Assembly (NCBI GenBank): GCA_963675295.2
Contig: CAXXKJ010000002.1
Span: 3,328,001-3,392,000, forward strand
Source of the DNA: a bacterium
Lineage (GTDB): Bacteria > Electryoneota > Electryoneia > Electryoneales > Electryoneaceae
Length of the DNA stretch: 64,000 bases
Direction: 5' to 3'
Of this stretch, positions 40,254 to 49,546 are shown one piece after another. Within the stretch, counting starts at the first letter, position 1; each line of letters begins with the position of its first letter. The notes under the pieces are model-generated. The model did not search any database. It had not been told where the DNA came from and saw only the letters and a list, made by a program, of their open reading frames with translations. Both the position numbers and the translations under genes were made by a program.

Positions 40254-43013
40254 TCAACGGTTCATTGGCACTCGAACGAGTCGAAATCCCAAGTAGAATT
40301 TCTTTTCTGAAGGATCCTCAAATCGACGACTCGCTGATCGACAAGAACTTGCCATAAATGCCCAATACCCACCGCGTGTAGATCGATATTTGCCACTGAT
40401 GGATCCACGTGGATTCGATACCGGGCTTGATTTGTAGTATTGATCGCTGTAGTAGTCCTGGCACCATTCTTGAACGTTTCCATGCATGTCGTACAACCCC
40501 CATTTGTTGGGAAGTTTGCTCGCTATTGCATGTGTAGTGCCTTGGCTATTGCTGTTATACCATGCATATGCAGGTAACCTGGAATAATCTAGGTCATCGC
40601 CCCAGCTGAAGCGGCTTCCATCTTCTCCAGCCCGGCAAGCATACTCCCATTCCGCCTCTGTCGGTAGGCGATAGGTATAGCTTGGATCATATTTGTTGAG
40701 TTCTTGAATGAATTCCTGAACATCATACCATGATACTTTTTCTACAGGCAGTCTATTTCCTTTGAAATGAGATGGATTATTCCTCATTAGAGTAGCCCAC
40801 GTTTCTTGTGTGACTTCTGTGGACATAATTTCAAATGATGAAACATGCACTTGATGTCGAGGATATTCATCGTATTTTGAATCCTTTTCATTGGCTAATG
40901 CTCCCATCGTGAAGTTTCCTTCGGGAATCTGGATAAAGGTTATTCCTAGCTTGGGCATACGTATTTTTGATGGAACACGAATTTCTTCTGGTAAATTTCG
41001 TTCTGTCTTATCCTCGTGTTTCGACGTGAGGTCCGCAGTTTTGGATTCGATCGAAACACGAGCAACCCGGAATCCCCATAGTACTGCGCTAAAGCTGGGA
41101 TAACTTGCGTATCGAACACTAGGTGAACATGCCTCTCTCGTACTTGTCCAATTCCCACCCCTTACAACTCTATATAGACCATTCAGAGGACCACTTGGAT
41201 CAATCTCATTACCTTTGGAATAATAATCTACGTCATACCAGTCATGGACCCACTCCCCAACATTTCCATGCATATCATATAGACCCCACGGATTAGAGGG
41301 TTTTATTGAAACAGCGTGTGTACCTATTGAATTACTATTATCGTAATACCATTCATAGTAGCTTAAATCATTTCCTGCTGCGTCGTTTCCCCACCAGAAT
41401 ATGGATTCTGCATTACCAGTTCTGCACGCATATTCCCATTCAGCCTCAGTAGGAAGACGATAATGCATCTGCGGATCACGAATATTGAGCCAGTCGATAA
41501 ATGCTATTACATCATTCCAGCTTACACAGACGACTGGGTATTGATCGGATTGAAGAAATCCTGGATGATTCCAATTCACTTCTGAATCGATTGCCCATTC
41601 TGTGCCATTCCATGCATAGGAACCAGAATTCTTCTCAGCGTCAGTATCATAACCAGTTGCATCAACAAACTCACCGAATTGGGATACTGTTACTTCTGTC
41701 GACATTAGCTCAAAGGCTGAGACTGTTACCTTATGACGCGGATACGAATCTCTTTTTAGCCCAGTCTCAATGGGCAATGCACCCATTATGTAGCTACCAG
41801 CTGGGATCTGAACGAAAGTCATACCAGCAATTGGTCCTCGCGAACTGGAATCAGTTTCTAGTTCAATTGATTTATCATTGTCTTCGTTTATTATTTCTCT
41901 AGAATTAATATCACTGCTTAGATTGCCATTATAGTTGTGTATAACCATAATTATAAAAAACACTCCAATTATTGCAATAATGAAAAGAAATGTCTTGACT
42001 CTTTTTTCCGATTCTTGCTGAGATTCGATTTCCTTTTTCCTTTGATTCTCTTCTAGCTGTCGAACTTTTTCTTGCCTGCGTTTTTCCTCTTCCTCATACT
42101 GTTTTTTCGAATGTTCCATCTGTTTCTCGTACTCTTCCTGTTCCCTCCTCTCTTCTTCAGCAGCCTCCATTTCCACTTGGTTGGTAAGACGATCTATTTC
42201 CTTAAGCTCATCTACACTTTTTAGAGATACTTTAAATGAAGCACAGTCTAGAAGACGTTTTTTCAAATCTCGCTCAAGGGCAGAGAATACTACTTTCACA
42301 ACTGGTTCAGGGATATATGGGTAATATTCTCGTGGGTCCGGGATTGTATCCTCAAGACATGCCTTCATAAATGCGAATTCAGAAGTTTCTTCTTCGTTAA
42401 ATGGTGTCCAGCCTGCCAGCATGACGTATAGCGTCATTCCCAGGGAATAGATGTCTGTCTGGTGATTAATCGGTTTCCCAAGAATCTGCTCAGGCGCCAT
42501 GTAGAGCGGTGTGCCTAACATTGTACCAGTTTTAGTCAGTTTCGACTGGCCTGCGGCTTTGGCGATACCAAAATCCGTAACCTTGACGATATTATCTTTC
42601 GATACCAGGATGTTTGATGGTTTCAGATCTCGATGAATCACTCCCTTGTCATGGGCAAAACCCACAGCAGCCAAGATTTGTTCGAATAGTGGCAGGGCTC
42701 TTTCATAGGGGATCGGTCCCATCTCGCGCCCGATCATCTGTTCCAGAGTCCGGCCTTCTACATATTCCATTACGAGAGCCGAACCACCTTCAAACTGGAT
42801 GTAATCGTGGATCTTTACGATGTTCGGATGGTCAAGCTGGGCAAGGGTTTGAGCCTCACGCTCCATTCGATAGCGTAAGTCAGTATTTCGAGTGTAGAGA
42901 TCGAGCATCACCTTTAGAGCATACCGACGTTTCAGCACCTCATGCTCTGCAAGGTAAACGATTCCCATTCCACCGCGACCTAACTCTTCTAAGATCTTGT
43001 AGCCAGGTACCAA
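40254..43013 (-). CDS. Ser/Thr protein kinase 3 (kinase + coiled coil + TM + two FGE-sulfatase domains)
   Basis: Kinase motifs; E/K/Q-rich coil; TM FLFIIAIIGVFFIIMVI; two RLPTEAEWEYACR / GLYDMHGNV.EW units. Confidence 0.93.
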   Translation of the reverse strand: MVPGYKILEELGRGGMGIVYLAEHEVLKRRYALKVMLDLYTRNTDLRYRMEREAQTLAQLDHPNIVKIHDYIQFEGGSALVMEYVEGRTLEQMIGREMGPIPYERALPLFEQILAAVGFAHDKGVIHRDLKPSNILVSKDNIVKVTDFGIAKAAGQSKLTKTGTMLGTPLYMAPEQILGKPINHQTDIYSLGMTLYVMLAGWTPFNEEETSEFAFMKACLEDTIPDPREYYPYIPEPVVKVVFSALERDLKKRLLDCASFKVSLKSVDELKEIDRLTNQVEMEAAEEERREQEEYEKQMEHSKKQYEEEEKRRQEKVRQLEENQRKKEIESQQESEKRVKTFLFIIAIIGVFFIIMVIHNYNGNLSSDINSREIINEDNDKSIELETDSSSRGPIAGMTFVQIPAGSYIMGALPIETGLKRDSYPRHKVTVSAFELMSTEVTVSQFGEFVDATGYDTDAEKNSGSYAWNGTEWAIDSEVNWNHPGFLQSDQYPVVCVSWNDVIAFIDWLNIRDPQMHYRLPTEAEWEYACRTGNAESIFWWGNDAAGNDLSYYEWYYDNSNSIGTHAVSIKPSNPWGLYDMHGNVGEWVHDWYDVDYYSKGNEIDPSGPLNGLYRVVRGGNWTSTREACSPSVRYASYPSFSAVLWGFRVARVSIESKTADLTSKHEDKTERNLPEEIRVPSKIRMPKLGITFIQIPEGNFTMGALANEKDSKYDEYPRHQVHVSSFEIMSTEVTQETWATLMRNNPSHFKGNRLPVEKVSWYDVQEFIQELNKYDPSYTYRLPTEAEWEYACRAGEDGSRFSWGDDLDYSRLPAYAWYNSNSQGTTHAIASKLPNKWGLYDMHGNVQEWCQDYYSDQYYKSSPVSNPRGSISGKYRSTRGGYWAFMASSCRSASRRFEDPSEKKFYLGFRLVRVPMNR

Positions 43014-43077
43014 GTATCCAGACCCTCCAATTGATTGGACAAATCTATACTCAAGTTATTTCAAAGTTGCACAAGCT

Positions 43078-44187
43078 CTACCATAGAGATAAGAAAAAAA
43101 CGGGGACAGCGAACATTGCAATAATCGATACTACTATTGCTATTGCTAAAACAAGAGAAGTAAAGCTTTCACCAGAAGATGATTTCTCAAGCACGACATC
43201 GTATTCCTCACTTAAACCATGTTTTACATCTGACTTATTTTCAATCGATCCATAAGACGTGGTAATATATTCATTATCTTTATTTTCATTATTTATATCA
43301 TTTTTATTTAATATACTAACATTATACTCTTCATTCATTATAATATTATCATTCTTTTGCGTCTGGTATATTGCATAAATTATATCTATACATTTATTAT
43401 ATCTTAGCTTTATCGATCTTTCAAGTGCTTTATTGATTGCATGAATAAGATGATCCGGGATGTATGGATAAAACGTCCTTGGATCGGGAATCTCATCTTC
43501 CATGCAGGATTTCAATAGTACAAACTCCGATGTTTCATCTTCATCAAACGGCGCGCGTCCAGCCAGCATCACGTACAACGTCATTCCCAAGGCATAAATG
43601 TCCGCTCTGTGGTCCACAGCTTTACCGAGGATCTGTTCCGGCGCCATGTAAATGGGTGTTCCGAGGACAGTCCCTGTGCGCGTAAGCTTGGATGCTCCCG
43701 CCGCCTTGGCAATTCCGAAGTCCGTCACCTTGATCCGATTGTCTTTCGTGACCAGCACATTCGCTGGCTTCAGGTCACGGTGAATGATGCCTTGCTCATG
43801 CGCATACCCAACCGCATCCAACAATTGACGAAACAGGGGCAATGCCCGTTCGTGCGGAATTGGACCAACCTCGCGCCCAATCATTTGCTCGAGGCTGCGA
43901 CCATCAACGTACTCCATCACGAACGCGACATCATCCTCACGCTCAATCAGGTCGTGCACCTTGACTATGTTGGGATGATCCATTGTTGCCATCATGCGGG
44001 CTTCACGCAGAAATCTCTCGCGTACCGCTTCATCGCGGGCATGCTGTTCAAGAATAACTTTGATGGCTACTTGCCGATGTAGTCCCTTGTGATTTCCAAG
44101 GTAGACCACACCCATCCCGCCACGACCAATTTCTCGTTCGACCGTGTAGTTGGCAAACTCAGGTAGTCTTGTCGATGCAGGACTCAT
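43078..44187 (-). CDS. Ser/Thr protein kinase 2 (kinase + Asn-rich linker + C-terminal TM)
   Basis: GRGGMGVVY, HRDLKPAN, DFG, APE; overlaps the PP2C stop. Confidence 0.93.
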   Translation of the reverse strand: MSPASTRLPEFANYTVEREIGRGGMGVVYLGNHKGLHRQVAIKVILEQHARDEAVRERFLREARMMATMDHPNIVKVHDLIEREDDVAFVMEYVDGRSLEQMIGREVGPIPHERALPLFRQLLDAVGYAHEQGIIHRDLKPANVLVTKDNRIKVTDFGIAKAAGASKLTRTGTVLGTPIYMAPEQILGKAVDHRADIYALGMTLYVMLAGRAPFDEDETSEFVLLKSCMEDEIPDPRTFYPYIPDHLIHAINKALERSIKLRYNKCIDIIYAIYQTQKNDNIIMNEEYNVSILNKNDINNENKDNEYITTSYGSIENKSDVKHGLSEEYDVVLEKSSSGESFTSLVLAIAIVVSIIAMFAVPVFFLSLW

Positions 44188-45323
44188 TCTTCAGACACGC
44201 TCTCTCTTCCGGGCTCAGATTCGGAGATTAAAGATGAACGACCAGAGTCTACTATGGTAACGCTCACTGCAATTAATGGTGGATGGAACATGGTATCTTT
44301 AGGAAATGCTTGGTCAATACTCTGTCGCGGATCGATTTCTTCAACAGTCAGGTCATGGGTGGGTTGCGAAAAAAAGGATCTGAGGAATTTCCCGGGAACT
44401 GTGTTAAGTAAAAGTAATGCTGCGACTACTGCCGCCAGGAGAATGATCACGGTACCGCCGTATAAAGCCACCCTGGGCAAGTGTTTGACTGGGGGTACAT
44501 CTATTTGTCGCGTTTGACGGTCTGCTCCATCCGATCGGAGCAAAGGTTTTCGTGGCTTCGGACCAATATGGCAGTCAACAATTTGCACGGTGGCGTTGTC
44601 GTCTCCACTTCGCTCATTCGCAAGTTTTACCAATCTTTCAGCCAGCACCTGAGGTGTTTGATCGATAGATTGCTGTTCCATATCGATTGCAGGAATTGGA
44701 CCAGAGATCCCATCCGTACACAGGATGAAGCGGTCGCCTTTGCAAACATCTACAGTTTCAATCTCGGGTTCAATTTCCTCGCGTACACCCAACGCCCGGG
44801 TAATCACATTTTTCTGTGGATGGTCTTCTGCTTCCTTCTCTGTGATCAATCCCCGGCGTTGCATCTCGCTAACCATGGAATGATCCTGGGTCAGCTGTTC
44901 GATATGATCCAATCGAATTCGATATAGCCGGCTGTCGCCAATGTGTACACGCCAGGCGGTGGGCTTTTTTGTTGTACTTACGAGGAGCAGGACACACGTT
45001 GTGCCCATTCCTTCCAGTTCGGAGTTCTGATCAATTTCCTGTCGGATAGCGCGGTTCGCACTTGCAAGTGCCCGCTTCAGTACTTTGGGGGCGTTCCTAT
45101 CGACAGATTCCGTGACAACTTTGGCAATTGTCTCCACGGCCAGTCGGCTGGCACGTTTACCACCAACATGCCCACCCATGCCATCACATACGATGAAAAG
45201 TGAACCCAATTCCGTTTCAAAAAAGCCATAGTAGTCTTCATTTTCGCTACGAACGGTCCCCACATCGGTAAAATTCCCGAACTCAATCGGCGACCGTTTA
45301 CCGAACGTTAGCAGCGGGATCAT
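44184..45323 (-). CDS. PP2C/PrpC-family Ser/Thr phosphatase with TM helix
   Basis: DVG.VRSENED, VCDGMGGH.GG, HIGDSRLY, LCTDG, DDNATV; TM TVIILLAAVVAALLLL. Confidence 0.93.
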   Translation of the reverse strand: MIPLLTFGKRSPIEFGNFTDVGTVRSENEDYYGFFETELGSLFIVCDGMGGHVGGKRASRLAVETIAKVVTESVDRNAPKVLKRALASANRAIRQEIDQNSELEGMGTTCVLLLVSTTKKPTAWRVHIGDSRLYRIRLDHIEQLTQDHSMVSEMQRRGLITEKEAEDHPQKNVITRALGVREEIEPEIETVDVCKGDRFILCTDGISGPIPAIDMEQQSIDQTPQVLAERLVKLANERSGDDNATVQIVDCHIGPKPRKPLLRSDGADRQTRQIDVPPVKHLPRVALYGGTVIILLAAVVAALLLLNTVPGKFLRSFFSQPTHDLTVEEIDPRQSIDQAFPKDTMFHPPLIAVSVTIVDSGRSSLISESEPGRESVSEE

Positions 45324-46924
45324 TCTTGCACCCCTTGGAACTGAAGTTCACAGCGTCCCATCTGAATGCGGTCACCATTGTTCAGCAGGACGGTATGAAT
45401 TTGTTCTCCGTTCACTCTTGTGCCGTTTGTAGAATCGTTGTCTGTCAGTTGGAACTGCCCACCGACAAATCGCAGTGTAGCGTGATGTCCAGAAACCGTC
45501 GGTTCCTCAAGCACAATGCGATTGTCGTCCGCAGCCCCGATCGTCACTTCCGCAGCGGTCACATCAAACTCAGATCCCGCCTGCGAGCCGCTGCTGATGA
45601 GAAAGCTTCCACTTTTATATACCTGTAAGGCCGGTTGGCCAATGATCGTTTTCCGTGACATCGATTGCGCGGGAGCCTGACCTGCAACCGAAGTGTGAGA
45701 TGGGATTCCCGTGTCGCGGCTTGATCCTGCTTCAACTTGATCGGACTCGGGAACAGGTTCAGCTTTCAACTTGGCAGCTTCCGCTTCCTGCTGTTTTCGT
45801 TTTTCTTCCAGCCGATGCTCCTCTTCCTGGCGTCGGCGCTCTTCTTCAAGCAATCTTTGTTCTTCTTCCCGGCGTTTCGCCCGATTCCGGGAGCTGACTA
45901 GAGCAATGACTACAACGACAATAACCACAACAGCACCGCCAGCGGCGACAGGAATGAAGGGGAATTCAGAATCGCTCCTTCCTCCGTGTCCGTCATCCGC
46001 TGTCACACGCGTTGAAACTGCCATGGATAGTACTGTCTGACCTGCAAAATTGCCCCGACTGGCAGCAATTGTGTAGCTGTGGGACCGGCCATCTGCCAAC
46101 TCGGACGGCGGATTGAAGGATAGCAAATATTGGCTCTTCAGGTAATCCAGCGAAAGTACAAACTGTTCGCTAAGATCTTCGGATTCACGCGCGCGGTGAT
46201 ATTGTCCATTTGTACGGTCACTCATCGCCTCCAGATTCCGCAAGAATCGTTCATCGATGTTTGTAAATCCTACCGTAAAAATCGGAACATCATTTTCGTT
46301 CGCTTTTTCAATGCAATTATCCAGGGAGTAAGCATTCGCCATACTTTCGTTCTTTCCATCTGAAAGCACCAGAACTAGCCGTCGATCAGGAATTCCTGTG
46401 CTTTCATCAAGGAAGGTGAGACTTCGGTAAACTCCATAAAACAACTCTGTGGTCGCACCTCTGGCCTGGATGGTCCCCGTTCGCTCTTTCAAATACGAAC
46501 GGTTCATGGAAAAGTCGGATACGATTTCCACCTCATCGCCAAAGGTGATAATGGCTACCCGGTCCTGGGGACGTAGCTGATCGATGTATTCATTCACTGC
46601 TTCTTTAGCATCTGCCATTGGATCTCCGGACATGGACAGAGATGCATCAAGGCAAAGGACAACCGCTACACCCTGGTCGGACTCATAGAAGGACTGCACG
46701 CGCGGTGAAATCGATGAATACCCTTCCGGGATCACATTGAAATGTGTCGAATCCAATCCCAGCACTCCCTCTCGGTTCGCATCGAGGACCGTTACCGCAG
46801 CAATCACAGCCGAGGTATGGGTTGAATCGATCTCGTCCAGTCTGACAGTCCAAGGCTCGACCGCGTTGGCAGTAGTAGCTAGGAACAGGATCATCATGAT
46901 CATCGCAAGATGATTGCTTTTCAT
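45320..46924 (-). CDS. Signal peptide + vWA + TM + coiled coil + FHA protein
   Basis: LDASLSMSG MIDAS and LSDG; Val-rich TM; C-terminal FHA IGA..DN..VSGHHA..D.DSTNGT.VNG. Confidence 0.88.
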   Translation of the reverse strand: MKSNHLAMIMMILFLATTANAVEPWTVRLDEIDSTHTSAVIAAVTVLDANREGVLGLDSTHFNVIPEGYSSISPRVQSFYESDQGVAVVLCLDASLSMSGDPMADAKEAVNEYIDQLRPQDRVAIITFGDEVEIVSDFSMNRSYLKERTGTIQARGATTELFYGVYRSLTFLDESTGIPDRRLVLVLSDGKNESMANAYSLDNCIEKANENDVPIFTVGFTNIDERFLRNLEAMSDRTNGQYHRARESEDLSEQFVLSLDYLKSQYLLSFNPPSELADGRSHSYTIAASRGNFAGQTVLSMAVSTRVTADDGHGGRSDSEFPFIPVAAGGAVVVIVVVVIALVSSRNRAKRREEEQRLLEEERRRQEEEHRLEEKRKQQEAEAAKLKAEPVPESDQVEAGSSRDTGIPSHTSVAGQAPAQSMSRKTIIGQPALQVYKSGSFLISSGSQAGSEFDVTAAEVTIGAADDNRIVLEEPTVSGHHATLRFVGGQFQLTDNDSTNGTRVNGEQIHTVLLNNGDRIQMGRCELQFQGVQE

Positions 46925-47550
46925 GACGCCTCCACTGTGTCGATAAGACGTAATTTCAAGTGTGTCCGGCCGATCAAGATGTTGTCGCCGTCTTGCAACA
47001 CACGTGGGACATCTCCTACGTCTTCACCATTTACAAACGTACCGTTTGTCGAGAAGTTGTCACGCAGTTTTAAGACACCTCCTCGGTACAACAATTCAGC
47101 ATGAAAGCCCGAGACCATACCGTCTGGCAGCTGGATTTCCACGTCATTACCACTGCCGATACGAGTTTTCCCAACATGTAGCCGGTAGTCTTGGCCATTC
47201 GGATTCCAGTCAAAGCTCACCAACCAGCCGATCAACTTTCCTTGAACGCCCGCCTTCGCAGCACCGCGTTGTTCCTCGGAAGCACCTGCAGGTTCTGGTT
47301 CGAGAATAACCGTCTTTCTGGCACCACCACTACCACCAGGTCTTGCTGTCTTCTCGACCGGCGCATCGAGCACGGTCTTTCGCTGCCCCGTTGGTTTATC
47401 GGCTTGTGGCCCCTTTGACTTGTCGGGTGTGTGCTTCACCGGTTTATCAAGAACCGTTTTGGCGGACGGATCGGTTTTAGGACAAAACGGGCATTCATCA
47501 AGATCTGCACGGTATCGATGTCCGTTCGGGCAAACTTTTGTTGCTTCCAT
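46921..47550 (-). CDS. Zn-ribbon + Thr-repeat linker + FHA protein
   Basis: CPNGH..Y....CPFCP; repeated KTV(L/I); C-terminal FHA IGS..VSGFHA..STNGTFVNG. Confidence 0.88.
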   Translation of the reverse strand: MEATKVCPNGHRYRADLDECPFCPKTDPSAKTVLDKPVKHTPDKSKGPQADKPTGQRKTVLDAPVEKTARPGGSGGARKTVILEPEPAGASEEQRGAAKAGVQGKLIGWLVSFDWNPNGQDYRLHVGKTRIGSGNDVEIQLPDGMVSGFHAELLYRGGVLKLRDNFSTNGTFVNGEDVGDVPRVLQDGDNILIGRTHLKLRLIDTVEAS

Positions 47551-47568
47551 CAGCCAGCCACCCTTGCT

Positions 47569-48966
47569 TTAAGTTTTAAACTCTTTACCGTAGGTGTTAC
47601 GTACACGCTTTGATTTCTTGAAATATAACCACCAAATAGTAAAATATATGATTGCATGAAAAATTGATTTTATAGTCTCAAACTGATATTCATGAAAAAT
47701 ATTACTTGATCCTGATGTTATTATTAAAGTAAGTAAATCACTACTGACCCATAATATTAAATTTCCCTTTAAAAAGGTACGTGCAGTAGATCTGCCAGTT
47801 TGTTTTCCCCTCCAAACAATAATTCCTGTAAAGAATCCCCAAATATTCAATATTAACGTGGATAATATATCTATTGACATAACGATATCTAATAGAGGGT
47901 CGATGTCAAACAAATCACCGTAGATAGAAATTGACCATAACGTTGCAATTGGAGTTAAAATTGTTAATGAAACACAAAAGAGTAGCAACCAACCACCCAC
48001 ACCGCGAGGATTGTTATCTTCTTCAATTGATGAATTTTCGGTAGTATCGTTAGTTAAGGAATCCACTTCAGGTGGTCTATTCATTTGACTCGAATCGTGA
48101 TGATCTGATTCATATCGAGTAGATGGACGCACGAAATCAACCTGACCGTTTAGAAAACTCTTGAATTGACTAGAAGAGGCAAACCGTAGTCCCGGATCCT
48201 TTTCCGTTGCCAATCGAATCGCATCGACTACTTGGTCGGGAATGTGAGGGTAATACTCTCTTGGATCAGGTAGATCGTGCTTCACGATCCAATCCATGAT
48301 CTTGTATTCGCTGGAAGTTGTCGCGTCGAACGGCACGCGACCGGTAACCATCTCGTATAGGGTTATCCCGAGCGAATAAATGTCGCTCCGTTCTGTCGCC
48401 TCAATTCCTTTCACCTGCTCCGGCGACATGTACCAAAGTGTTCCAAGCTTGGTCCCGGTCCGGGTCAGCCCTTGCTGCCCGATGATTTTTGCGATGCCCA
48501 GGTCGGTAACCTTTACAACGTCACTAGGTGTGACAATGGCATTGGAAGGCTTTATGTCTCGGTGAATTATACCGCGGGAATGTAGGTAATCGAAGGCGTC
48601 AAGAAGCTGGAAAAAGATCGGCAGGGCACGTTCGGATACAATCGGTCCAACTTCGCGACCGATAATTTGATCGAGGCTGCGCCCCTCGATGAATTCCATC
48701 ACCAGCGCAAGACGATCTTCCGTTTCGATGTAATCAAGGAGTGTGACGATGTTGGGATGACTGAGTGAGGCTTGTAGTCGGGCTTCGCGGGAAAAGCGTT
48801 CCCGCAATTGAGGATCTCGACTGTGATGTTCGTGGAGGATTTTTACTGCGACGGTCCGATCAAGCCGAGTGTCAGTCGCTCTCCAGACAACTCCCATCCC
48901 GCCTTCGCCGATGATCTCATGTAACTCATAGTGCAGCAAGCGCACCGCAACCTCCCTGGCATCCAC
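47569..48966 (-). CDS. Ser/Thr protein kinase 1 (kinase + DUF2569-like 4-TM domain)
   Basis: GEGGMGVVW, HRDIKPSN, DLG, SPE; GVGGWLLLF...W.LYF.KSKRVRNT. Confidence 0.9.
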   Translation of the reverse strand: MDAREVAVRLLHYELHEIIGEGGMGVVWRATDTRLDRTVAVKILHEHHSRDPQLRERFSREARLQASLSHPNIVTLLDYIETEDRLALVMEFIEGRSLDQIIGREVGPIVSERALPIFFQLLDAFDYLHSRGIIHRDIKPSNAIVTPSDVVKVTDLGIAKIIGQQGLTRTGTKLGTLWYMSPEQVKGIEATERSDIYSLGITLYEMVTGRVPFDATTSSEYKIMDWIVKHDLPDPREYYPHIPDQVVDAIRLATEKDPGLRFASSSQFKSFLNGQVDFVRPSTRYESDHHDSSQMNRPPEVDSLTNDTTENSSIEEDNNPRGVGGWLLLFCVSLTILTPIATLWSISIYGDLFDIDPLLDIVMSIDILSTLILNIWGFFTGIIVWRGKQTGRSTARTFLKGNLILWVSSDLLTLIITSGSSNIFHEYQFETIKSIFHAIIYFTIWWLYFKKSKRVRNTYGKEFKT

Positions 48967-49330
48967 CGCGCACCTGAAATATTGTATCTGAACATCATGA
49001 TGCTAGTTATTAGAACAATGTATAAGTCCTGTTTTAAAATCCCCTTGTAGATAGATCGAGGTCAAAAGATGCGAACAAGGTAAGGCTTACGGTTGAGGAG
49101 TGTCAAACTCTTGTAGAGTAGTAGAAAACTAGAATCTCGATGATTCTTCGAGAATGTCAGTTCTCCGATATCCAAAAATCATTAAATAATGCATCTATTC
49201 CAGTTGAGCTCATTCTAGTTCAGACACCGATGAGGTTTATGCAGCGAACGAATACAATAACTTACCTTGCCTCATATAATCTGCGCTGCGGTCAAACAAC
49301 CTCCATACCCCACTATCGGATAGTCTGAAT

Positions 49331-49546
49331 GGGTCCCTTTCGGTTTGTCGAGCACCTACTGACACGAGTAACGACCCTTGGTCGCTCAAACCAAGGGTTA
49401 TTAGTGATTCCAATGGCACACTCACGGCACACTCAGGGCAACAAACAGCAACAAATCCCAAACAACCAAAGCGATTCACTTTGCAGAAACCATTGAATCC
49501 ATTACTGTTATGAATTGTGGCTTGTTGTGAATTTGGCCTTTATGGG
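49331..49546 (+). repeat. att-arm-like sequence, copy 2, with direct repeats ggcacactca (49415, 49426)
   Basis: Homologous to 25883-26098 and directly abuts the tRNA fragment; short direct repeats resemble integrase arm-binding sites. Confidence 0.8.

Noticed and set aside
35810-44187. Integron cassette array explaining the tandem kinases
   Set aside because: Intergenic gaps are short and dissimilar. The only hairpin noticed (38801-38840) is too short and lacks the RYYYAAC/GTTRRRY consensus; no integron integrase is present.
37175-49546. Diversity-generating retroelement acting on the FGE domains
   Set aside because: No reverse transcriptase in the window. The AAC-rich stretch near 49440 does not match the FGE variable regions, and the kinase 5 loop codons show no NNC bias. 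A remote DGR cannot be excluded.
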